6,737 bases of DNA from a virus (lineage: Duplodnaviria > Heunggongvirae > Uroviricota > Caudoviricetes): IMG/VR virus record IMGVR_UViG_2711768015_000009. One strand, written 5' to 3'. The position numbers and the translations under genes are program-made. Positions 1-6,161 of this stretch are shown here, one piece after another (position 1 is the stretch's first letter; the number at the start of each line of letters is the position of its first letter). The notes beneath the pieces were generated by a model that was given only the letters and a program-made list of their open reading frames with translations, did no database searches and had not been told where the DNA came from.

Positions 1-146
1 GGAATACATTGAGATTTTCTACAATCGTCAGCGTCGTCACTCTCGTCTGGGGAATATCTCCCCGGCAGCCTTCAGGGAAAAATATCATCAGATGGCTGCT
101 TAAAAAAAGAACAAATGGTAGTGTCCGCTATTGCCAGTACACCTCA
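1..146 (+). mobile_element. 3' terminus of an IS3-family insertion sequence (transposase C-terminal codons plus terminal inverted repeat ending ...GCCAGTACACCTCA)
   Basis: Positions 1-146 are the exact reverse complement of 6592-6737. The end reads 5'-TG...CA-3' in IS orientation (TGAGGTGTACTGGCAATAGCGGACAC...), and the CAATAGxGGACAC core resembles IS3-group inverted repeats as recalled from memory. Identity diverges immediately outside position 146. Confidence 0.75.
2..103 (+). CDS. IS3-family transposase (OrfB-type) C-terminal fragment
   Basis: Frame starting at position 2 translates to EYIEIFYNRQRRHSRLGNISPAAFREKYHQMAA*, with TAA at 101-103. The motif 'FYNRxRRHSxLG..SP..F' is the conserved C-terminus of IS3-family DDE transposases. 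The gene body lies outside the window. Confidence 0.75.
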   Translation, partial: EYIEIFYNRQRRHSRLGNISPAAFREKYHQMAA

Positions 147-345
147 TCCATCACCGAAAAAAATTGGCTTTTACACCATTGGCGATAAAAGCATTTACCT
201 GTATGACCTACGCCGCATGGATGAAATCATGGAGGCTCTTGATAATCGTTCGTCGATGGATTGGTGTGTTGCTGTTCATGATATGAATGCAGGGTTTGAT
301 GAAAAGATTTTGTTCCCCTCATCAGTTGAAAGCACTGCGGGTTAA
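147..345 (+). pseudogene. 3' fragment of a phage gene apparently truncated by the IS insertion (hypothetical protein C-terminus)
   Basis: Frame 1 is open from inside the IS across the 146/147 boundary to TAA at 343-345 (...PSPKKIGFYTIGDKSIYLYDLRRMDEIMEALDNRSSMDWCVAVHDMNAGFDEKILFPSSVESTAG*). The N-terminal extension of track ORF 115-345 lies in IS sequence, so the native start is missing. The next gene follows 10 nt later with a strong Shine-Dalgarno, so this looks like operon context. Confidence 0.35.
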
Positions 346-355
346 GGAGTAACAC

Positions 356-523
356 ATGACCACTATTACCAAAGAACGTATTGAATTGTTCATTAAAAAC
401 CCGCTTGAAAACGGGCTTACCCGTGGTGAACAAATGGAACTGGCACGGATTGCGCTGGCATCGCTGGAAGCAGAGCCGGTTGTGTTCTGGTTTGAAAAAT
501 ATCAAGAAGGGGCTACGGCATGA
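356..523 (+). CDS. hypothetical small acidic protein (55 aa)
   Basis: ATG at 356 is preceded by AAGGAG (345-350). Translation is [55 protein letters not shown]. It is below the 60-aa cutoff of the ORF track. Its stop overlaps the next start (ATGA at 520-523). Confidence 0.55.
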   Translation: MTTITKERIELFIKNPLENGLTRGEQMELARIALASLEAEPVVFWFEKYQEGATA

Positions 524-864
524 CGACTTTTACCAGAGAGCAGTTAATAGCTCACGCAGAGGAGACTATTGAAGCACAGAGACTGTGCATACCGGGCACA
601 ATCGACCATGACATCATCCGCACATATAAGATGGATATTGCTGTTCTGGAAATCGCACTGGTATCGCTGGCAGCAGAGCCAGCCGGTAAATTGCATGAAT
701 ACAAACCAGTGGGATATCAGCGTCTGGTCGATGAGTTAACCATGCTGGTAAAGCAGTTAACCTGGCAACTGAGGAAAGCGAAGCCAGACTGCAAATTACC
801 GGATAAGGCGATGAGTTATCTGGAGCGGAACGGACTGATAAGCGTGGAGGATATTTTACGATGA
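520..864 (+). CDS. hypothetical protein (114 aa), paralogous to the upstream 55-aa ORF
   Basis: ATG at 520 overlaps the upstream stop. It shares the N-terminus MTT(I/F)T(K/R)E(R/Q)(I/L) and the motif (I)AL(A/V)SL(E/A)AEP with the 55-aa ORF. Its stop TGA at 862-864 overlaps the next ATG at 861. Confidence 0.6.
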   Translation: MTTFTREQLIAHAEETIEAQRLCIPGTIDHDIIRTYKMDIAVLEIALVSLAAEPAGKLHEYKPVGYQRLVDELTMLVKQLTWQLRKAKPDCKLPDKAMSYLERNGLISVEDILR

Positions 865-944
865 CCTGGCCTGAAGCATTAACAACGGTAGGAATTGCGA
901 TGGCGGTGGCGCTGGTGGTGTATTCGATTTGCCGCTGGGGATAA
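861..944 (+). CDS. predicted small hydrophobic (membrane) peptide, 27 aa
   Basis: ATG at 861 is in an ATGA overlap with the upstream stop, suggesting translational coupling. Translation is [27 protein letters not shown], with one hydrophobic helix-length segment. There is no independent support beyond the coupling. Confidence 0.35.
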   Translation: MTWPEALTTVGIAMAVALVVYSICRWG

Positions 945-951
945 AAACGGT

Positions 952-986
952 TTGCGGGAAAAGGAGAGTTAAGTAGAATTGCAGCG
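952..986 (+). promoter_or_regulatory. candidate sigma70 promoter and start of hok mRNA
   Basis: -35-like TTGCGG (952-957), 16-nt spacer, -10 TAGAAT (974-979). The downstream sequence GGGTGCTTGAGGCTATCTGTCTCAGG forms the 5' hairpin expected of hok-family mRNA leaders. Confidence 0.4.
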
Positions 987-1039
987 GGTGCTTGAGGCTA
1001 TCTGTCTCAGGCATGAACACCAAAAGGCAGATAGAGAAA

Positions 1040-1106
1040 AGCCCCAGTTAACATTACGCGTCCGGCAAGACGCTTAACATTAATCTGAGGCTCAATCTAT
1101 GAACGG
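1040..1106 (-). ncRNA. sok: predicted Sok-like antisense RNA of the hok/mok locus (boundaries approximate)
   Basis: On the minus strand there is a promoter-like pair: -35 TTGCCT (complement of 1137-1142), 17-nt spacer, -10 TAACCT (complement of 1114-1119). It is oriented to transcribe antisense across the mok start and Shine-Dalgarno region, as in characterised hok/sok loci. The 3' end is not clearly defined by a canonical terminator. Confidence 0.4.
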
Positions 1107-1311
1107 CAAATCTAGGTTAGCCTCTTACGTGCCGAAAGGCAAGGAGAAGCAGGCTATGAAGCAGCAAAAGGCGATGTTAATCGCCCTGATCGTCATCTGT
1201 TTAACCGTCATAGTGACGGCACTGGTAACGAGGAAAGACCTCTGCGAGGTACGAATTCGAACCGGCCAGACGGAGGTCGCTGTCTTCACAGCTTACGAAC
1301 CTGAGGAGTAA
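1099..1311 (+). CDS. mok: Mok-like reading frame (in-frame N-terminal extension of hok, as in chromosomal mokC/hokC-type loci)
   Basis: ATG at 1099 is in frame with hok (MNGKSRLASYVPKGKEKQA-MKQQKAM...). The leader region aligns by eye with the plasmid R1 hok/mok leader as recalled from memory (TAGCCTCTTAC...GCAAGGAGAAG.AGGC.ATGAA). Confidence 0.5.
   Translation: MNGKSRLASYVPKGKEKQAMKQQKAMLIALIVICLTVIVTALVTRKDLCEVRIRTGQTEVAVFTAYEPEE
1156..1311 (+). CDS. hok: Hok/Gef-family type I toxin (51 aa membrane peptide)
   Basis: Translation is MKQQKAMLIALIVICLTVIVTALVTRKDLCEVRIRTGQTEVAVFTAYEPEE*. This is near-identical in pattern to Gef/HokC and HokD as recalled from memory. Shine-Dalgarno AAGGAG lies at 1141-1146. 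Confidence 0.9.
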   Translation: MKQQKAMLIALIVICLTVIVTALVTRKDLCEVRIRTGQTEVAVFTAYEPEE

Positions 1312-1380
1312 GAGACCAGGCGGGGGAGAAATCCCTCGCCACCTCTGATGGGGCAGGCATCCTCAATGCACCCACACTTA

Positions 1381-1410
1381 ACCCGCTTCGGCGGGTTTTT
1401 GTTTTTATTT
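1381..1410 (+). terminator. rho-independent terminator at the 3' end of hok mRNA
   Basis: Hairpin ACCCGC-TTCG-GCGGGT (1381-1396) followed by a T-rich tract TTTTTGTTTTTATTTT. Confidence 0.7.
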
Positions 1411-1419
1411 TCAACGCGT

Positions 1420-1449
1420 TTGAAGTTTTAGATGGTGCCGGAATAGAAT
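1420..1449 (+). promoter_or_regulatory. candidate sigma70 promoter for the downstream ORF cluster
   Basis: -35 TTGAAG (1420-1425), 18-nt spacer, -10 TAGAAT (1444-1449). Found by pattern only. Confidence 0.3.
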
Positions 1450-1531
1450 CAAAAATACTTAAGTAGCGCGCAGGGAGAAGAGGGATGGACCCCGAACAGG
1501 GGAGTGCTATTTATCTGGAAGGATTCTGTTG

Positions 1532-1887
1532 ATGAAAATCGAAGAATTACGTGAAATTTTTAGTGAAGATGGCCTCTATACTGTGCGCGTTGAGAATGGC
1601 GCTATTGTCAGCCACTGCCTTCCAGACTACACAATTCTGATAATTCAGCCGTCTTTGCCAGCAGGCACGGGCGGCGCTCTCACGCATTTAAATCTGATTG
1701 GTACCAGCATCCCCCATGCACTGAAGAACAGGCCGAATGGCTCATTCAGTGTTACCGCAGGCGCGGATGCGAGGTTAAAAAAGCCCTTAGCCTCGACTAC
1801 CGTCACTGGATAATCTCCGTCAGGCTCCCTTACTCCGAACGGCCAACGCGTCCGTCCCGCACATTCCAGCAACGGATCTGGAGGTAA
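1532..1887 (+). pseudogene. phage ORF apparently disrupted by a 1-nt frameshift (N-terminal part in frame 2, C-terminal part in frame 1)
   Basis: ATG at 1532 with AGGA Shine-Dalgarno gives MKIEELREIFSEDGLYTVRVENGAIVSHCLPDYTILIIQPS..., which then degenerates into low-complexity sequence ending at TAA 1811-1813. Frame 1 is open over 1594-1887 with no start codon and a protein-like end (...EEQAEWLIQCYRRRGCEVKKALSLDYRHWIISVRLPYSERPTRPSRTFQQRIWR*). Its TAA (1885-1887) sits in a GGAGGTAATGTG coupling junction with the next gene. A C5 homopolymer at 1711-1715 is one candidate slip site. Confidence 0.45.
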
Positions 1888-1888
1888 T

Positions 1889-2947
1889 GTGCGGGTATTA
1901 CTTCGACCTGTTCTGGTACCGGAACTCGGTCTGGTTATCGTTAAGCCAGGCCGTGAATCAATGTCAGCATTCCATAACGGCAGAATACTGGTGGAGCCGG
2001 AACCAAAAAGCATGCGTAATCTGCCGTCCGGGGTCGTTCCTGCCGCTCGCCAGCCGCTGGTGGAAGACAAAACATTGCTGCCGTTTTTCAGTAACGCACG
2101 GGTGATTCGTGCTGCTGGTGGTGCTGGTGCATTGTCTGACTGGCTGTTGCGCCATATTAAATCCTGCCAGTGGCCACACGGCGATTATCATCACAGCGAA
2201 ACCGTCATTCACCGTTATGGTACCGGCGCAATGGTGTTGTGCTGGCACTGCGACAACCAGCTGCGTGACCAGACATCCGAATCACTCGAGCAACTTGCTC
2301 ATCAAAACCTGTCAGCATGGATGATTGACGTCATCGGTCACGCAATAAGCGGTACGCAGGAGCGTGAATTATCTCTGGCTGAATTATCCTGGTGGGCGGT
2401 CCGCAATCAGGTGGCGGACGCGCTACCGGAAGCGGTATTACGTCGTTCGCTGGGGTTGCGTGCGGAAAAAATTCGCTCTGTGTACAGTGAAAGCGACATC
2501 ATACCGGGAGAGCAGACAGCCACCAGCATACTGAAGCAGCGCACAAAAAATATTGCGTTACTGCCTCACGTCCACCAGCAACAGAACCCACCACAGGAAA
2601 AGACGGTGGTCAGCATTGCCGTTGATCCGGAGTCACCGGCTCAGTATCTCCAGCGCCAGAAATCACAACGGGAAGAGATGCCTGTATACACGCGCTGGGT
2701 AAAAACGCAGAAATGCATGACGTGTGGCAATCAGGCAGATGATCCGCATCACATCATTGGTCATGGACTGGGAGGGATGGGAACAAAGGCTGATGATTTG
2801 TTTGTTATTCCGTTATGCCGTAAATGCCGTAACGAACTACATGCCGGAGTAAAAGATTTTGAAGAGAAACACGGCAGTCAGCTGTTGTTGCTGATTCGTT
2901 TTTTAATGCACGCGAGAAATTCGGGTGTTCTGAAGTGGAAAGCATAA
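1889..2947 (+). CDS. DUF968-like lambdoid prophage protein (YdfU-like) with C-terminal Cys/His zinc-finger or HNH-like motif
   Basis: Open frame of 352 codons from GTG 1889, with GGAGG at 1880-1884; an alternative ATG start is at 1961. The C-terminus reads CMTCGNQADDPHHIIGHGLGG...CRKCRNELH. It sits immediately upstream of rusA and Q, as in Qin-type prophages. The family name is from memory, not a search. Confidence 0.65.
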   Translation: MRVLLRPVLVPELGLVIVKPGRESMSAFHNGRILVEPEPKSMRNLPSGVVPAARQPLVEDKTLLPFFSNARVIRAAGGAGALSDWLLRHIKSCQWPHGDYHHSETVIHRYGTGAMVLCWHCDNQLRDQTSESLEQLAHQNLSAWMIDVIGHAISGTQERELSLAELSWWAVRNQVADALPEAVLRRSLGLRAEKIRSVYSESDIIPGEQTATSILKQRTKNIALLPHVHQQQNPPQEKTVVSIAVDPESPAQYLQRQKSQREEMPVYTRWVKTQKCMTCGNQADDPHHIIGHGLGGMGTKADDLFVIPLCRKCRNELHAGVKDFEEKHGSQLLLLIRFLMHARNSGVLKWKA

Positions 2948-3328
2948 ATGACCGAGCGCATAGAATTTGTTTTACCTTACCCGCCGACGGTGAACACTTA
3001 CTGGCGTCGTCGTGGCAGCACATATTTTGTATCAAAAGCCGGGGAGCGTTATCGCCGGGCAGTGGCGCTTATTGTTCGCCAGCAGCGGCTGAAATTAAGC
3101 CTGTCCGGAAGGTTGGCAATAAAAATTATTGCAGAACCACCGGATAAGCGCCGCCGTGACCTGGACAATATTCTGAAAGCGCCGCTGGATGCGCTGACGC
3201 ATGCGGGGTTGCTAATGGACGATGAGCAGTTTGATGAAATCAATATCGTTCGTGCTCAGCCAGTATCTGGTGGACGTCTGGGGGTGAAGATTTATCCCAT
3301 AATGCTTGAAGGGCAGGTCAAAAAATGA
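2948..3328 (+). CDS. rusA: crossover junction endodeoxyribonuclease RusA (Holliday junction resolvase)
   Basis: The 126-aa product aligns by eye to E. coli RusA as recalled from memory: LPYPPTVNTYWRRRG...VS..G..YR..VA...PDKRRRDLDNILKAPLDALTHAGLLMDDEQ...GGRL. The start ATG abuts the upstream stop (TAAATG). Confidence 0.9.
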   Translation: MTERIEFVLPYPPTVNTYWRRRGSTYFVSKAGERYRRAVALIVRQQRLKLSLSGRLAIKIIAEPPDKRRRDLDNILKAPLDALTHAGLLMDDEQFDEINIVRAQPVSGGRLGVKIYPIMLEGQVKK

Positions 3329-4146
3329 AACTGGAAGATTTACCGAAATACTACTCCCCAAAATCCCCCGGCCTGACTGATGCATCGGCCTCAACGTCGA
3401 AAGATGCGCTGAGTATCACTGATGTGATGGCCGCGCAGGGCATGACACAGAATCGGGCTGAGATGGGGGTTTCTGCGTTCCTTGGGAAAATGGGCATTAG
3501 TATGAATGACAGAGAGCGGGCAACAGAATTGCTGACAGAATATGCACTCAGTCGGTGTGATCGCGTGGCGGCGTTAAGAAAACTCCCGGCAGAAATAAAA
3601 CCGGCAGTGATGCGTATTATGGCTTCGTATGCGTTTGAAGATTATGCCCGTAGCGCGGCGAGCAAAAAACAGTGCCCCTGCTGTCACGGAAAAAAATTTA
3701 TTGAAAGCGAGGTTTTTACAAACAAGATCCAGTATCCGGATGGTAAGCCGCCGGTATGGGCAAAGTGTACGAAAGGTGTGTATCCGTCTTACTGGGAAGA
3801 ATGGAAAAAAGTCAGGGAGGTGGTAAAAGTTGCCTGTCCGGAGTGTGGCGGAAAGGGTGAGGTTTCCACCGCCTGTAAGGATTGCCGTGGGCGTGGTGTC
3901 GCCATTCATCGTGAAGAGTCGGTAAAACGTGGTATGCCTGTTATCAGAGACTGCCAGCGTTGTGGTGGTCGTGGCTATGAAAGACTACCATCAACGGAGG
4001 CATTTAATGCTATATGCGAGGTGACAAACCAGATAACACGCGCGTCATGGGAAAAAACAGTTAAGAAATTTTATGATGCGCTGGTGACCCGGTTTGATAT
4101 TGAAGAAGCATGGGCTGAGCGGCAGTTAAAAAAGGTAACTAGGTAA
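3325..4146 (+). CDS. late-gene antitermination protein Q (zinc-finger Q family, QuuQ-like)
   Basis: The 273-aa product has four CxxC motifs (CPCCHGKK, CPECGGKG, CKDCRGRG, CQRCGGRG). Its start overlaps the rusA stop (ATGA). It lies immediately upstream of a PR'/qut-like element, the canonical Q position. Confidence 0.8.
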   Translation: MKLEDLPKYYSPKSPGLTDASASTSKDALSITDVMAAQGMTQNRAEMGVSAFLGKMGISMNDRERATELLTEYALSRCDRVAALRKLPAEIKPAVMRIMASYAFEDYARSAASKKQCPCCHGKKFIESEVFTNKIQYPDGKPPVWAKCTKGVYPSYWEEWKKVREVVKVACPECGGKGEVSTACKDCRGRGVAIHREESVKRGMPVIRDCQRCGGRGYERLPSTEAFNAICEVTNQITRASWEKTVKKFYDALVTRFDIEEAWAERQLKKVTR

Positions 4147-4151
4147 CAAGG

Positions 4152-4200
4152 TTGATTTTTCCGGAATCTGTGGTAAATTCGTTATAACGATGGGCGTTTT
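4152..4200 (+). promoter_or_regulatory. PR'-like late promoter with qut-like pause and Q-utilisation element
   Basis: -35 TTGATT (4152-4157), 16-nt spacer containing TGg, -10 TAAATT (4174-4179). This is followed at lambda-identical spacing by AACGATGGG (4186-4194); lambda PR' reads TAAATT-TGACTC-AACGATGGG from memory. Predicted +1 is near 4186. Confidence 0.7.
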
Positions 4201-4227
4201 ATGCCTGACGTTAGAAGAGTTTCTACA

Positions 4228-4250
4228 ACCCGCCGCCGAGCGGGTTTTTT
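4228..4250 (+). terminator. tR'-like intrinsic terminator ending a short (about 65-nt) PR' leader RNA
   Basis: Hairpin ACCCGC-CGCCGA-GCGGGT followed by TTTTTT (4245-4250). Confidence 0.7.
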
Positions 4251-4370
4251 ATGACTGAAATCGCGTCAGTACAGTAAACGCGCTGGTGGCGGTGAATACC
4301 TGTCTTTCAGCTTGCTGGCTTTTTCGACAAGAGTTATTGGTGTGTCACGTTAACCGGAAAAGGAAAAGAC

Positions 4371-4568
4371 ATGCTAAAACAGCAGGATATGACAGAAACC
4401 GCCAGAGTGGTGTTTAATGAATTAAGCGTTACCGAACCGGCGACAGTCGGGGAGATAGCGCAGAATACTTACCTTTCACGCGAACGCTGCCAGTTAATAC
4501 TGACCCAGCTGGTTATGGCGGGTCTGGCAGACTATCAGTTCGGTTGTTACAGACGCCTTCCGCAGTGA
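4371..4568 (+). CDS. small winged-helix DNA-binding protein, PapI/FaeA-like (tentative family call)
   Basis: The 65-aa product is MLKQQDMTETARVVFNELSVTEPATVGEIAQNTYLSRERCQLILTQLVMAGLADYQFGCYRRLPQ. The segment TVGEIAQ...SRERCQLILTQLVMAGL parallels PapI TAEIAEAL...ARYYLLLLEKAGMV as recalled from memory. Shine-Dalgarno AAGGA lies at 4358-4362. Confidence 0.5.
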   Translation: MLKQQDMTETARVVFNELSVTEPATVGEIAQNTYLSRERCQLILTQLVMAGLADYQFGCYRRLPQ

Positions 4569-4578
4569 AGGCTTTTTT
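4555..4578 (+). terminator. intrinsic terminator overlapping the stop codon of the PapI-like ORF
   Basis: Hairpin GCCTTC-CGCAGT-GAAGGC (4555-4572) followed by TTTTTT (4573-4578). Confidence 0.55.
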
Positions 4579-4595
4579 ATTTGTGGTAAATGGGC

Positions 4596-4626
4596 GGCTG
4601 GTGGGTGTTAGGGGCACCCACCAGCC
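4596..4626. repeat. perfect 12-bp inverted repeat with 7-nt spacer in the methyltransferase leader
   Basis: GGCTGGTGGGTG (4596-4607), spacer TTAGGGG, CACCCACCAGCC (4615-4626). A second 7-bp palindrome CTGCTTT-GCGC-AAAGCAG lies at 4669-4686. Confidence 0.6.
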
Positions 4627-4718
4627 ATCTGCTCATGCGTTGGGTTCACAAGCAAACCTCAGGCCCACTGCTTTGCGCAAAAGCAGAATGAGCCTATCAG
4701 AGACAGGCTTAATGATCC

Positions 4719-5773
4719 ATGCTTAATACTGTAAAAATATCCAGTTGTGAGTTAATCAACGCCGACTGCCTGGAATTTATCCGGTCGTTACCCGAAAATT
4801 CTGTTGACCTGATAGTCACGGACCCGCCGTACTTTAAAGTGAAGCCTGAGGGCTGGGATAACCAGTGGAAGGGCGACGATGATTACCTGAAGTGGCTGGA
4901 CCAGTGTCTGGCGCAGTTCTGGCGGGTGCTGAAACCTGCCGGAAGTCTTTACCTGTTCTGTGGTCATCGCCTGGCATCTGATATCGAAATCATGATGCGT
5001 GAACGCTTCAGTGTGCTGAACCATATTATCTGGGCGAAGCCGTCCGGACGCTGGAACGGATGCAACAAGGAAAGCCTGCGGGCGTATTTCCCCGCCACAG
5101 AGCGCATTCTGTTCGCGGAACATTATCAGGGGCCGTATCGTCCGAAAGATGCCGGGTATGCGGCGAAGGGCAGTGCACTGAAACAGCATGTGATGGCCCC
5201 GCTGATTTCTTACTTTCGTGATGCGCGAGCTGCCCTGGGGATAACGGCAAAACAGATTGCAGATGCCACAGGAAAGAAAAACATGGTGTCGCACTGGTTC
5301 AGTGCCGGTCAGTGGCAGTTGCCGAATGAAAGCGATTATCTGAAATTACAGGCGCTGTTTGCCCGGGTGGCAGAAGAGAAGCATCGGCGTGGTGAACTGG
5401 AAAAGCTCCACCACCAGCTGGTGGATACGTATACCTCACTGAACCGGCAGTATGCGGAGCTGCTGAGTGAATATAAACATCTGCGGCGGTATTTTGGCGT
5501 GACGGTGCAGGTGCCGTATACCGATGTGTGGACGCATAAACCGGTGCAGTTCTATCCCGGGAAACATCCGTGCGAAAAACCGGCAGAAATGCTGCAGCAG
5601 ATAATCAGCGCTAGCAGTCGTCCGGGTGACCTGATTGCAGATTTTTTCATGGGGTTGGGTTCGACAGTGAAAGCGGCACTGGCGCTCGGGCGTCGTGCAA
5701 TTGGCGTTGAGCTGGAGACTGAACGTTTTGAGCAGACGGTTCGGGAAGTACAGGATTTAGTCAGCCAGAACGG
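4719..5773 (+). CDS. beta-class amino (N6-adenine/N4-cytosine) DNA methyltransferase, prophage-encoded orphan; 3' end lost in the N-run
   Basis: Motif IV (DPPY, in LIVTDPPYF) lies near the N-terminus and motif I (DFFMGLGST) near the C-terminus, which is the beta-class order. A long insert between them includes an HTH-like segment (LGITAKQIADATGKK). The track ORF continuing to 6332 is an artefact of N translating as X. Confidence 0.85.
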
Positions 5774-6098
5774 NNNNNNNNNNNNNNNNNNNNNNNNNNN
5801 NNNNNNNNNNNNNNNNNNNNNNNNNNNNNNNNNNNNNNNNNNNNNNNNNNNNNNNNNNNNNNNNNNNNNNNNNNNNNNNNNNNNNNNNNNNNNNNNNNNN
5901 NNNNNNNNNNNNNNNNNNNNNNNNNNNNNNNNNNNNNNNNNNNNNNNNNNNNNNNNNNNNNNNNNNNNNNNNNNNNNNNNNNNNNNNNNNNNNNNNNNNN
6001 NNNNNNNNNNNNNNNNNNNNNNNNNNNNNNNNNNNNNNNNNNNNNNNNNNNNNNNNNNNNNNNNNNNNNNNNNNNNNNNNNNNNNNNNNNNNNNNNNN
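5774..6098. other. 325-nt run of N (assembly gap or masked sequence)
   Basis: Directly visible. It hides the methyltransferase 3' end and the 5' part of the tRNA. Confidence 0.95.
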
Positions 6099-6147
6099 TT
6101 GCCTTCTAAGCAATCGGTCACTGGTTCGAATCCAGTACAACGCGCCA
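6099..6147 (+). tRNA. tRNA-Arg (anticodon UCU), 3' portion only; 5' part lies in the N-run (full gene about 6071-6147)
   Basis: Anticodon loop CTTCTAA (6103-6109) with U33 and A37 gives anticodon TCT. Anticodon stem TTGC/GCAA, T-arm ACTGG-TTCGAAT-CCAGT, acceptor 3' strand ACAACGC, discriminator G and encoded CCA (6145-6147) are all present. Confidence 0.8.
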
Positions 6148-6161
6148 CACTTATTTTCCCT

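Noticed and set aside
115-146. N-terminal 11 codons of track ORF 115-345, including its ATG
   Set aside because: These codons lie inside the IS terminus, so the start is fortuitous. The gene is better explained as truncated by the insertion.
1-146. Assigning the IS to a named element (for example IS629 or IS600)
   Set aside because: The terminal sequence does not match my recollection of the IS629 repeat and only partly resembles IS3/IS600-type ends. Without ISfinder the name would be a guess.
227-505. Minus-strand ORF of 92 aa from the track
   Set aside because: It lies antisense to the coupled small-gene operon, has no Shine-Dalgarno, and its composition is typical of an off-frame translation.
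1645-2248. Minus-strand ORFs of 141 and 94 aa, plus the frame-3 + ORF 1887-2105 and + ORF 2109-2324
   Set aside because: They overlap the DUF968-like gene in alternative frames and are Trp/Cys/Arg-rich off-frame artefacts. The ATG at 1887 has a Shine-Dalgarno but its product looks non-proteinaceous.
2805-3909. Track ORFs overlapping rusA and Q (2805-3035 -, 2935-3147 +, 3049-3243 -, 3212-3394 -, 3574-3909 -, 3629-3826 +)
   Set aside because: All lie in alternative frames or antisense to confidently identified rusA and Q, with no start-site support.
4544-4726. + strand ORF of 60 aa spanning the terminator and inverted-repeat leader
   Set aside because: It runs through a terminator hairpin and palindromes, has no Shine-Dalgarno, and looks like a chance open frame in a structured noncoding leader.
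4788-5294. Minus-strand ORFs of 168 and 74 aa inside the methyltransferase gene
   Set aside because: They are antisense to a gene with clear methyltransferase motifs and are likely spurious.
6099-6147. tRNA 3' end as a prophage attachment site (attL/attR)
   Set aside because: No second copy of the tRNA 3' segment and no integrase are present in the window. The tRNA sits in the late leader, where phage-borne tRNA clusters normally lie, so it is more likely cargo than an att site.
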